NCBI GenBank assembly: GCA_002104945.1 | Contig: MCFH01000085.1 | Coordinates: 1-64,000, forward strand | Direction: 5' to 3' | Source of the DNA: Piromyces finnis finn | Lineage: Eukaryota; Fungi; Neocallimastigomycota | Length of the DNA stretch: 64,000 bases | Shown here: positions 40,882 to 55,971 of the stretch, one piece after another | Position numbering within the stretch: position 1 is the stretch's first letter | Layout: every line of letters starts with the position of its first letter | Position numbers and translations under genes: made by a program | Notes under the pieces: generated by a model | What the model was told of the DNA's origin: nothing | Databases searched by the model: none | The model's input: the letters and a program-made list of their open reading frames with translations, nothing else

Positions 40882-42183
40882 TTAAATTTTATTCAGAAAT
40901 GATTTTATTGTAAAATCAACCCATATTATTCCAATTTCTTTGTTATATTCGGATGCAACATCAGCAATAGCTTTAGCAACTTGAATAGGATTATCTTCCC
41001 AAATTTCTTTATCATCATCATATCCAATTTGAAACATAACTGGATTATTAGAAAACTTTTGAGCCCATTCTTTAAATTCATTTTTCATTTGATCGAGACT
41101 GCCATTAAATCCTTGACTATCATTAACAAACAGCATTCCATCTCTGTAAGTTGGTGGCATATATGATATTTCCCAATGTTTTGCAAATACAGTGTATTTA
41201 GGATTCTTTTCACGTACTGCGTCAACAATTCTTTTTGCTTCACTATCAGAAAGAGGTCTACCATTTCCTTTTAAAGTGTAATTTCTATACCACCATTCAC
41301 AATCAATACCAAATCCTTTTACAGATGAATGATGTCCGTAATGATCTAATACAATGTCTGCAAGTTTTACAAGATCATTGTCTCCTGCTTCAACTTGAAG
41401 CCATACATCATATCCATGCTTATCACATTGTTTAAGAAAATCTTCATATTGATCATTTGTTGAAAATTCTACATTAAGAGAATCAGATACATTTTTTGGT
41501 TTTGGAAACTCAAGCATGCAATAATTTGTTTTTGATTCAACACCAACAATAAGAATAATTGCTACCTTTGTATCATGATAAAAATTACTTTTCATTTCTT
41601 CAATATAATTCACCCAACTACTAGAATTAGGTATGTATCCAAAACTATCCTCAATCCCATAAGAAGAATAACGAAATCCTGCCCATTTTACATTTCCAGA
41701 AGAAGTAATTGATGAATATGTTTTATTTATTGGTAAATTTAACGAGGTCACATCTGGTGTATAATTTGTAGTAATTGGTAAAGTTGGTGTACTAATTGAT
41801 TTATTTTTTTTACTAGATGATGTAATTAACGAATTAACTGATTTATTTTTTTTACTGGTTGATGAATTAATTGATTTACTTTTACTTTTTTTATTAGTTG
41901 ATGGACTTGGTGTAATGATTTGTTTAGTAAATTCACTAGCTGATAAAGTAACTGGGTTATATTCAAATTTTCCATTTTTACATATTCCATATTGAGTTTG
42001 GCATCCTTCAGAAATAGAACAATAAGTAGAAGATGTTCCACACCAACCATATTTACTACAGCATTTTCCAGAGTTACATTTACCATATTTTTGGCCACAT
42101 CTATCACTAATATAATAAGTTGGCGCAGTTCTTGAAATTGAAATCAAAGTAATAATTTTAATAATAAAATTAATGAATTTCAT
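40882..42183 (-). CDS. Tandem paralog of the CBM18 plus glycoside-hydrolase-like protein
   Basis: 433 aa with the same architecture. Shared WAGFRYSSYG, WLQVE, GIDCEWWYR, FVNDSQGF, FQIGY and GIIWVDF blocks. Confidence 0.85.
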   Translation of the reverse strand: MKFINFIIKIITLISISRTAPTYYISDRCGQKYGKCNSGKCCSKYGWCGTSSTYCSISEGCQTQYGICKNGKFEYNPVTLSASEFTKQIITPSPSTNKKSKSKSINSSTSKKNKSVNSLITSSSKKNKSISTPTLPITTNYTPDVTSLNLPINKTYSSITSSGNVKWAGFRYSSYGIEDSFGYIPNSSSWVNYIEEMKSNFYHDTKVAIILIVGVESKTNYCMLEFPKPKNVSDSLNVEFSTNDQYEDFLKQCDKHGYDVWLQVEAGDNDLVKLADIVLDHYGHHSSVKGFGIDCEWWYRNYTLKGNGRPLSDSEAKRIVDAVREKNPKYTVFAKHWEISYMPPTYRDGMLFVNDSQGFNGSLDQMKNEFKEWAQKFSNNPVMFQIGYDDDKEIWEDNPIQVAKAIADVASEYNKEIGIIWVDFTIKSFLNKI

Positions 42184-42549
42184 GATGTTTCTTATTTATA
42201 TTAATATTAACAGTAATTATATTTATATAATATTTTAATTGTTTTTTTTATAGTATTTTTTTCCTCTATTTATATAAAAATTTTCAATAATAAATTTAAC
42301 TATAATTATTTTTTTAGTAATATATTTTATATTATTAAAATAATTTTATTTTAATAATATAAAATACATTATTAAAAAATAAAGAAATTAATAATGAAAT
42401 AATCTACATTGTTTTATTTTATTATTTTGTATTAATTTCCATGTTTTTATTATGAGAAAAAAATTTTATAATGAGAAAATTTCGTTGTAAAATTTAATAT
42501 AATTAAAAATAAATTAAAATAAAACCTTTATATGTTTTAAAGCCACAAT

Positions 42550-42588
<39 letters not shown>

Positions 42589-42879
42589 CTAATATTTTTC
42601 TTTTATAAATCTATTAATGTTTTTTTAATATAAAATGGTTGTTAAAATAAAACAATCATATAAAATAAAATAACTTGATAGATAATTTAATAACTTCATT
42701 TAATAGATGGTGGTGATGTATTTAATTTATAATTATTAATTGAGTCACTTATATAAAAATTAGATATGATTGTATAAATACATATTTTATGAATTATATA
42801 TATTATTTTTAATAGCTTGTAATAAAGTAGTAACAACAATTAAAATAATAAATTATAATAATTTAAATAATAATATATT

Positions 42880-42968
42880 ATTTTATTTTATTTTATTTTA
42901 TTTTATTTTATTTTATTTTATTTTATTTTATTTTATTTTATTTTATTTTATTTTATTTTATTTTATTT
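42880..42968. repeat. (TTTTA)n microsatellite
   Basis: Perfect pentanucleotide run. Confidence 0.9.
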
Positions 42969-44207
42969 AAAAATATTAAAAAGTTAACTAAAAATGAAAT
43001 ATATATAATTACTAATTTTTTTTTTTTTTTTTTTTCACATTAATATATTTATTAATTTTTGATATTAACACAGCAAATTATTATATTCAAAAAAAATTAA
43101 TAAAGTTAATATAGACTTTAACAATATTTATTAATATTATATGCTTATTTTAATTTATTTATATAATCTAAATTAGTTTATTTTTACATTCTGTTTAGCA
43201 ATAATTTTTGCTTTATAAAAACATTTATTTTTTTTAATTATTATAAATTATTAATAAATTTATTATAATTTTAATAATTATTGAGTGATTTATATAACAA
43301 CTTTTTTATGTTTCTGTATAAATGCATATTTCATGTGGTATGAGTTTACTAAACCAGTTTTTTAATGAATATAATCTTATCCAAAAGTAATTTCATTTAA
43401 AATCATAATCAGTGATAGAAATACATTTATTATCAATTATTTTAATTTTTTAATACATAATTATTTATATTACATATTATTTTAATAACAATTAAATATT
43501 GAATATTCAAATTTTTATAACATCCGTAAATAACTAGGTAGAAAGTCCATGGTTGAATTAAAACATGGTTTTTTTCATAACTTCTAAAATTTGTAAACAT
43601 TTTAAAAGTTATGAAAATATATATAGTATGATAATATTTATATTTATATAAGATTAATTGTCACAAATTATTTATTTTAAATTATTAAAATTCTTTGTAT
43701 AATAAAATTTAATAATAAATTTATTGATTTTTATTATATGGATAATATCAGTTACACATGAATTTATAAGTTGAGATTTACTTTTAATAACTTTATCATA
43801 ATAATTAAAAATTATAAAAATTATAATAATTGATAAGAATTTATAATATATAAAAGTATAATCAATCATTTAATATGAGTAACGTAGATAAAAAAAAATT
43901 AAAAATTTATTTAGATTACACTAAAATGATTTTTTTTTTCTGATTTTCCTTCAAGGCTGGCTTAGGGATACAACATATTTTTATAAGTCATGATTTTATA
44001 TTTATTAATATTTGATTAAAAGTTACAATTTTTTGAAATTAGACGTTTTTTATTTTAACCCTTTCAAGAATTAAATGTTAAAATCAACTTTTAACTTCAT
44101 AAAAATGATTATTTAAATTTATAGTCTATAAATCCTATCCTTTTCTAAGGTATTATGACATCTTAAATTTACATTTAAATACAATTAATAGTATTAAAAA
44201 TTTACTA

Positions 44208-44360
44208 TGTTTTAGGGTTTGGTTATGCGACCAAGTCAGATGTTATTAATTATATAGTAAAAATGTTTTTTAAGAAATTAAATTTAATTATAACACATAA
44301 AACTTCCAAGTATGAAAAATTATTATTTGTTTTTAAAATAACTTTACTATAAATTTATAT

Positions 44361-44403
<43 letters not shown>

Positions 44404-45155
44404 TTATTAATAATAATATAAATAATAATATATTTAATAACTGTATAATTAAGATTATAATTATAATCTTTACAAAGAATTAAAATCAAATTCAATTCAT
44501 TTTTATTTTATATTTTTTGTTCAGATTATTCAATTGATAAAAATAAAGTATTTACATACAATATATTAATAATATAATTATAAAAAAAATTTTTTGTTAT
44601 ATCATAAAAATAAAATAGAAATTATTACATATGATAAATCATTTATGCATTTGAGTATAATTAGTAAAAACTATTTTATAACAATTAAATTATTTAATTT
44701 ATGTATGATAACTGTTACACCTAAATGATTTAGTTCTATTTTTAGTAATAATCATTCTTATCAATTAATTTATTATAACAAAAATTCCTATTAGTATATT
44801 TTTAATTTTAGTAAAATCATAAGAAATGTTTATGATCCATATTTGATATCATATTATATCATATTGATCATATCTTCCTTAAACAACAAGTTAGAAGGAC
44901 TGCAGTTATACTAATATGTAGCCTTTTTCTTAAACTTTCTAACAAACTTGGACCCAGGACTATATTCGAAAAAAATAGCACTTGTTTTTGGCGAGATACG
45001 CCTTGTTTTGTGTTTGTTAATATTTCGTTAAGGGTTATAGTGTATTAACATAAAATTTTTGAAGTCATAACCCTTTCACTAAATCAAATATCAAAAGGTG
45101 ACTTTTAAAGGTGTTTTAGGGTTAGGGCTAGTTTTTGGGAGAAATGCACTCGGAA

Positions 45156-45204
<49 letters not shown>

Positions 45205-45291
45205 AAAGGTGTTTTAAAATAATTATTAAAATTATTTAATTATGTTTAATTGATATAGAAATTTATTTTAAATCCAGTCAATATCTTTACA
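44208..45291. mobile_element. Probable solo LTR, family F, second copy
   Basis: Colinear with 4584-5714 (GGGTTTGGTTATGCG...AATATCTTTACA). Carries an extra poly(A) insert. Confidence 0.7.
45119..45201 (+). mobile_element. Short poly(A)-tailed retroposed insertion
   Basis: 40 nt plus a 43-nt A tract flanked by TTTAAAGGTGTTTTA (45104-45118 and 45202-45216). The homologous site in the other F copy (about 5605-5625) is empty. Confidence 0.8.
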
Positions 45292-45410
45292 AAATTTTTA
45301 CTAATATCAATTTCTTAATATAGTTATAATTTTTATTCACAAAGAATGATAAATAATAAATATAAATATATTATAAAATTGATATTAGTAGAAAGTTTTA
45401 TTATATAGTT
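45292..45410. mobile_element. Two degenerate family A LTR termini in opposite orientation
   Basis: 45292-45339 resembles the last ~50 bp of LTR A. From 45347 the sequence matches the inverted LTR A start seen at 2901. Confidence 0.6.
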
Positions 45411-45435
45411 TATTATAATTTACATTAAAAAAATA

Positions 45436-46118
45436 ATGTTTTACAAAAATTATCAAAAATTGTTTTATTAAAACACAAAGTAATTTTATTAGAAATACTC
45501 GTTTTCTAATATTTAAAGATTTAAATTTTTATTTATTAAATTATTAAAATGATTATTAAAATTATAAAAATATTAACTAAACTATATAATATTTTCTTTA
45601 TTAATAATAATAGTAATGCTTAAAATAAGAATATTACATGTATTTATATTTTCTTTTAAATTTAAACTATTTACATTAAAATAATAAAATTAATAACTAT
45701 TTACAATAAAAGTAATAAAAGTAATTAACAATAACAATAAAAGAAATAATTAAAAGTTAAAGAATATAAAAAGTTGTTTATTTTACAATTAAAGTAATAA
45801 TTATTTTTAGTATTTTAATTATATTATTTTATAACATGAATTATTATATTTGTTTACTTTTAAAGTGTAATTCACTAGTTATTAAATATTTAATTTAACA
45901 ATTAATTTAACAAAAGTTATATATTTTGATTTCGATTAATTAAAGCTTATTATTTTCTTTCAATAATCAAAATATATGCAGTGTTTAGGATTAATTTTAT
46001 TTTAGAATTTTGGTAAAATAATTAATTAAACTATAACTTGTTTTAAGTTACTTTTTAGGGTTAACTTAAAAATCAGGTTTAATAATAATTTTATATTTAT
46101 TAATTTCATTATTTATCA
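45436..46118. mobile_element. Solo LTR, family E, left end missing
   Basis: Colinear with 15307-16104 and ends TTTATCA. Confidence 0.8.
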
Positions 46119-46121
46119 AAA

Positions 46122-47199
46122 TGATGCATTGACCGACATATTTTTGAATAATATAATATTTTTAATAAATAATAAATTCTAAGATTTAGATGAAACAATA
46201 AATTTAAAATAACATAAGTTTTATAATTAACAAACAAATCTCTTAAACTCAAGAATAAACTCTTTTATTATATTTAAATTATTTCTTTATTATATTTTAT
46301 AATTTATTTATTGCCCCTTTATTCTCTATTTATTGTCTGATTTTTATGAAGAATTTTATCTTCCTTTTATACATTTCATTTATTACATGTATTATTATTT
46401 TTAACTATTAAATATTATTATTACTATTGTTATTATTTATTAAAATTAAAAGAATAAATTAAAATTATGTCTTAGTATTATAAAATATTATAGAATATTA
46501 TTTATTTGATTTTCTTATTACTTCAAAATGTTAATTTAGAAAAATTATTATAAATTTTCATTGACTATCATTAAATGTATAATACCTTGAATAAAATAAT
46601 TAAAATTTAAAATTAAAAGAATATTAAAATAATTAAAATAAAATTATGACAAAATTAAAATATTAAAAGTATCAATTATTATAAACATTCATTTTATACA
46701 GAAACATAAAAGAGTTTCTGTATTTTATCTTTAAAATTATTACTATTGCTCTATTTCCAGGTTTTAAGTTTATCACTTTTAGTAATAATTACTCAATTAT
46801 TTATTTATTAATTTATATATATAATTTTAAAAGAATTTCTAAAGAACACTTGGATAAAACACTAGAATTAATAATTTGATGTATACCATTTTATTTTTAG
46901 TTTATTTATTCATTTTTATTTATTATTATTATTACTATTATTTTAATACATTTTTGGATTAAATCGTTTTATTTTATTTAATAATTTATTTTATTATTAT
47001 CTCTATTAAGTCGTTTTTATTCAGAATTTATTATATAATAAAGAGAATATTATTTATTTAAGAAAGTGTTATATTTCATAAAATTATTATTCGTTCATTT
47101 TTAAGGGTTATTATCGTTTATTTTTATTATAAGTTACTATGGGTTAAGTCGTGTTTATTCAGTTAGTTTTTATTATGTTTTTATGTGAGTAGCGTATCA
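46122..47199 (-). mobile_element. Solo LTR, family B
   Basis: TGATGCATTGACCGA...GTAGCGTATCA, a diverged copy of the element 2 LTR. Confidence 0.9.
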
Positions 47200-47203
47200 A
47201 AAA

Positions 47204-49349
47204 TGATGCGTTGACCGATATATTTGTGAATAATATAATGTTTTTAATAAATAATAAATTCTATATTATAATGATGAAACAATAAATTTAAAATAAAATA
47301 AAATATATTTTATAATTAACAAATAAATCACTCAAAACTCGAAAATAAACTCTTATTATGTTTTAAATTAAATCTTTATTATATTTTATAATTTATTTAT
47401 TATCTATTTATTGTCCGCCTTTTTATAAAGAAGAATTTTATCTTCCTTTTATACATTTTCATTTATTACAGGTATTATTATTTTTAACTATTAAATATTA
47501 TTATTACTATTGTTATTATTTATTAAAATTAAAAGAATAAATTAAAACTATGTCTTAGTATTATAAAACATTATAGAATATTACTTATTTGATTTTCTTA
47601 TTACTTCAAAATGTTTAAATTTAGAAAAATTATTATAAATTATCATTGACTATCATTAAATGTATAATACCTTGAATAAAATAATTAAAATTTAAAATTA
47701 AAATAATATTAAAATAAAATTAAAATAAAATTAAAATAAAAATTTAACAAAATTAAAATATTAAAAGTATCAATTATTATAAACACTCATTTTATACAGA
47801 AACATAAAAGAGTTCTGTATTTTATCTTTGGAATTGTTATTATTGTTCTATTTCCAGGTTTTAAGTTTATCATTTTAGTAATAATTACTCAATTAGTTAT
47901 TTTTTTAATTTATAAGTTTAAGAGAATTTCTAAAGAACACTTGGATAAACACTAGAATTAATAATTTGGTGTATATTATTTTATTTTTAGTTTATTTATT
48001 CATTTTTATTTATTTATTATTATTTTATTATTTTAGTACATTATTGGATTAAGTCGTTTTATTTTATTTAATAATTTATTTTATTTAATAATTTATTTTA
48101 TTATTATCACTATTAGGTCGTTTTTACTCAGAATTTATTATATAATAAAGATAATATTATTTATTTAAAGAAAGGGTTATATTTTCATAAAATTATTATT
48201 CATTATTCATCTTTAAGGGTTATTATTGTTTGTTTTTATTATAAGTTACTATGGGTTAAGTCGTGTGTAAAAGTTTTACTAAACTTATAATTTAATATTA
48301 AAATATTAAATTAAATAAAAGGTTAAAAGATAACTAGGTTAGAAAAAAAATGTTTTATTAAAATAATCTTAATTGATTTATAAATGAATAATTAAATTAT
48401 GTATTATAGTTAAAATAATTCCTTTTTATTTTATTTAAAGAATATATATAATAATAAGATTATTTAATAGTAATACTTATTAAGTATTAATAAGTTAATA
48501 ATCTTTACAAAGATTTAATTCATAAAACTATTCTAAACTATTTATACTATTTGTAATTTTACATTTAATAATAAAATAACTTTTCAATACATGATTATAT
48601 TCATAATATATTTTATAATACTTAAACTAAACTTAAGACTTATTCCTAATTATTAAAAAATAACTATTGTTTATAATATTCATAATATTAATTATTTCTT
48701 AATTATAATATAATTCATTGAATATAATATTAATAATTATAATCCTCTAGTTCAAAGATTATAAATTATGTTATTGAAATAATTATTATAAAATAAAGTT
48801 AATTAGTTCCGGAAAATAATTTTAATTTAATTAAACAATAATTTTTTATACTTTGAGTGAATGATTTATGTTTGATATATCAGGGGTGATCATTCTCTGA
48901 ATAAACAATTAATCATTGCTAACAAAATATCTTTAAATTGGAATATCTCGTGAACCAGCAGAGATATTGACATGATTTTAAGATATGTTGTTTGTCTCGA
49001 GCGTGGCTTTCTAACGAACTTAATTATAACCAAAATATTTTTATTCAAAAATCGTCATTCGTTGAGGAGATACGCGTGTTTTTTCTTATTCCATTTTAAC
49101 GATAAGGGTTAAAGTTATTTATTATAAAAATTATTAAGGGTTAAGGTCATATTTTAACCTTTTCTAAATTTTTAAATATTTCTTAATAAAATTTTATAAT
49201 TTATTTGAAAATAAAATATTTGTTGATTTTGAATTTTCATAAGTGATTTCACAATTCCAAGTGATCTTGAAATTGTAATTTCACTAGTATTCGTGACATC
49301 GTGTTTATTCAGCTAGTTTTTATCATGTTTTTATGTGAGTAGCGTATCA
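47204..49349 (-). mobile_element. Solo LTR, family B, interrupted by a family G LTR
   Basis: LTR B sequence runs to TCGTG at 48265, resumes at 49299 and ends GCGTATCA 14 bp before tRNA-Ile. Confidence 0.9.
48266..49298. mobile_element. Solo LTR, family G
   Basis: TGTAAAAG...CGTGACA termini with a perfect 5-bp duplication TCGTG (48261-48265, 49299-49303). Confidence 0.85.
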
Positions 49350-49363
49350 AAAAAACAACAAAA

Positions 49364-49456
49364 GCTCCTGTAGCAAAGTCGGTTAATGCGTCGTGCTTAT
49401 AGGGGAGTTCCTCCTATGCTACGCGAAGGTCGTGAGTTCGAACCTCACCAGGAGCA
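49364..49456 (+). tRNA. tRNA-Ile (TAT) with a 19-nt intron at 49402-49420
   Basis: GCTCCTG/CAGGAGC acceptor stem, TCGTG-CTTATA[intron]A-CGCGA anticodon arm, TTCGAAC T loop, oligo-T terminator. Same layout as the intron-containing yeast tRNA-Ile(UAU). Confidence 0.95.
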
Positions 49457-49925
49457 TTTTTATTTTACAATAAAATAATTAAACATAAATTTTAAAAAAT
49501 GTTTATTTATAATAATATTAAAAATTAAAGTTTAAAAAATAAACAAAATTTTAATTTTTTAACACACCTAAAATCTTTTTTTTTTTTATTCTTATTTATA
49601 ATATTTTAAAAAATAAATATTTTTATATTTTATTTATTTACTTTTATGTATTAAATAAAAAATAGAAATCAACTGAATCAATAATATTTAAAATCATAAT
49701 AAAAACAAATAATTGTAAATATGTTCAAAATACAAAATAAAAGGCAAATATAAATTTGTAAAAAAAAAAAAAAAATATAAATAAAATTTTATTATTTCTT
49801 ATTTTATAATTCATACCAGCAATACAATAAAACGTATTTATACCATTCAAATAAAATAAATAATTAAAATAATAAAAATAATAAGATCATATAAAATAAA
49901 AATATAAAAAAAAATAATAATAAAA

Positions 49926-52733
<2,808 letters not shown>

Positions 52734-53054
52734 AATCTATGCTACTATAGAATAAACAAAGTTTATTAAAATAATCATTGATTGATTTTATGTAGTAATA
52801 TATATCAAAAGTTAATAAATTATAACAATTATTTAATAATATTTTAGCATTAATATTTATCATTAATTTTATTTTAAATATTAATATTTTCTATTTATTT
52901 TTGTTATGATTAATGAAAAAAACTTTTTTTAATACCTTTTTTTTTTTATTATTTTTGCCATTTAATATAATTTAGTTTATTTTTTTTTTTTATTTTTTTT
53001 TTTTTTGCTAAATATTTTAAACATTTATAAAATGATACTAATTTAATTATCATA

Positions 53055-53085
<31 letters not shown>

Positions 53086-53154
53086 TATATAAAATTTTAT
53101 TTCTTATTATTTATAATATTAATAATTTTATCATAAATTTTTTCAATTATTTCA

Positions 53155-54753
53155 TCATCATTTTTAACTATTTTATTAAAGTTGGATAAATCCTTTTTCC
53201 CTAAAATAGCATCGTTATATTCATATATTTAATAATTTAATAATTAATTAATTAATTTTGTTAGTATTATTATACATGAAATAATTAAAGTAAAATTAAA
53301 TAAAAAAAATGAATCTATTTTTATATTACTATTTTGATAACATGATACTCGTTCTGCCAATGTTAAGGAACCATAAAAGGAAAAATTTTCAAAGTCATTT
53401 GGAAGAGAAGAAAAAGCTAGCAGAGATGAGGCTTTTTCTAATACAGCCATTGATTCTTCATAAATTATTATTGCAATCAAAGCATCATCGATGATTGCTA
53501 CATTTCTAAAGCAAAGCTATAGTAGATATAATAAAAAAAAATTTAGTAATGTGAAAAATCATTATATTTAGTTACATTTTATGTAAAAATGAAAGTTCTA
53601 ATTTTAGCTTACTCTTGAATGGCATTTTGTAATATTTATTAATTTCTTAGTTATAAATATAATAATATTAAAATATTAAAATTGATTATAATTTATAAAG
53701 GATTAAACGTTATTCTGTTATTATAATAATACCTGAAACATATGAATTACGGAAGAAAGTTCCACAGTTAATTTAGTTTTTGTTCTATAAACATGACAAT
53801 AGTTCTTGATTAATGTATTACACTCGTCTGAAATCCTTAATTTAATCATATAAAAATTAAAAGTTTTTATCAAAAAAGAGAATAAAACATAAATGAATAT
53901 ATATATATATATTAAAAATAATATTTTATCTTACTTGACATCAATGTTTGATACAGTATTAATATACTATATAAATAATAAAAAAAGAGTAATAGAACAA
54001 TATATTATTAATATATATATTTTACATTATTTAATATTAATATATAATACTTCTTACAAAAATAAAATCTTCTCTAGTAATATCTGGAATTGGTAAATCT
54101 GTTTCTAGGATTTTAATAAAAAATTTAAATATATTATTTTATAATACGTTTAAAACATACTATTATTAAATAGGATTGATATTATTTTTTAAACCTTCTT
54201 CTTCTTCTTCTTCTTCTTTGGTTTTCTCCATTACGCACATTGTTTCCACAAGGTCATTTCCAATTAATGTATCAAAACTCTTGTTAGGTTCCATTCTCAA
54301 GAAGGAATATAAATTAAAATTACTAAAATTACTTTGTTTATAAAGAAAATAAAAGCAATATTAATATATTAAAATCAAGAAACTTTTGTATTTTCCTTTA
54401 TATTTTTATAGACTTACATTGAAAATACGTCATTTTTATTTAAAAGAGTATCCTATTAAAAAGATTAAATGAAAATGATATATAAAAAATATTTATAAAA
54501 AATAAATTATGAAAATTTTTTAGATTATATCATTTCTAATTTTTTAATGAATTATTATGATCTACATATAATAATTTACATAATAAATGTTATTACTTTA
54601 ATATATTTTATCGGAAACCCTTTCCCTTTTTTATTTTGAATATTTAAATATTGAATATCATAAAGACCCCAAATGACAGTAGTATTTACAAATGGCACGA
54701 AACACTCAATTTGACTTCCTTGTATTGGCACATTTACTTGATTCCCCATAACT

Positions 54754-54784
<31 letters not shown>

Positions 54785-55928
54785 AGTTTATTATTCAAAA
54801 GACATTTATGTGTATGTGTATATTATTATTATTAATAAATATAATAAATATTTTATTATACCTGATATAATATGGTTAATTTCTTTAGAGGACAAATTTG
54901 AGAATGGTACTTTAAGAATACCATCTTTGGCATAGCAGATATTTCCACCATCGATATAGGAAGGACATTTTATATTTTTGTCAGACGTGGTGTATATTTT
55001 AACTAGAGGTTTATATTTATTTTTTTCTTCTAATATTAAATTATGATTTCTAGTATTATTTTGTTCATATGCATATGTTTAAATTTAATAGTAAAACAAT
55101 AAAATATTTTTAAATAAAGTATAAATTAATCTATAAAAGATTATTCGTAAGAAATAATATTACCTTCTCATTTTTTGAGAACTTTCAATTAATCGGAGAA
55201 AGAGTGGATGAAAATCATCCACTACAAACATTAAATGCAATTTTTCATTAATTGATTGAAAAGAATTTTTTTCCCATTCAATTAAATAATGAAAACTTAA
55301 CTTTGGATCTGATGGAGTTGAAACTAAACTAATATTAAGAAAGAAAATATTATTTTATTAATTAAACAATTATAATAAATGTGAAAATATTACCATATAT
55401 TACAATTTGTGATGGACTTCTTAATTAAATATATATATATTCAATTTTCCTTTATTTTATATTATGCTACCTTAATAAAATTATTAATTTTGTTTTTCTC
55501 CACATTGCGGCTGGAACAATTTCTTCACAAAAATAATCCACAAGTCGTTGAGTAAATGCAAATGGTGATAAATTTACTGAATAAAAATGATAATACATAA
55601 TACAATGGGTATAAATATGAATAATGAATATAATGTTTACTAGAATTTATATATATCATATTTCACTTCATAATTTATAATATATTATTAACTATACATT
55701 GTAAAAAAAAAGAGATGGATTTTGGAATATAACTTTGATTAATATGTTTTTCTAATAATTCCTTATTTGTTTTTAAAGTACTAATCTAAATAATAGTAAT
55801 AAAGTAATAATAAATACCAAATATTAACTATTATTATTGTTTTTATTTTCTAAAAATTCGTATTAATTTAATTAAAAAGGGTTACATACATATGAGCAAC
55901 TCCACATATTATTGACCTACATAATATA

Positions 55929-55971
<43 letters not shown>

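Noticed and set aside
43330-44200. Possible further LTR remnants left of stack 2
   Set aside because: A few GC-richer patches are present, but I found no termini or second copy in the window.
45113-45127. Interstitial telomere or healed chromosome end
   Set aside because: Only two TTAGGG units, inside a duplication-flanked poly(A) insert.
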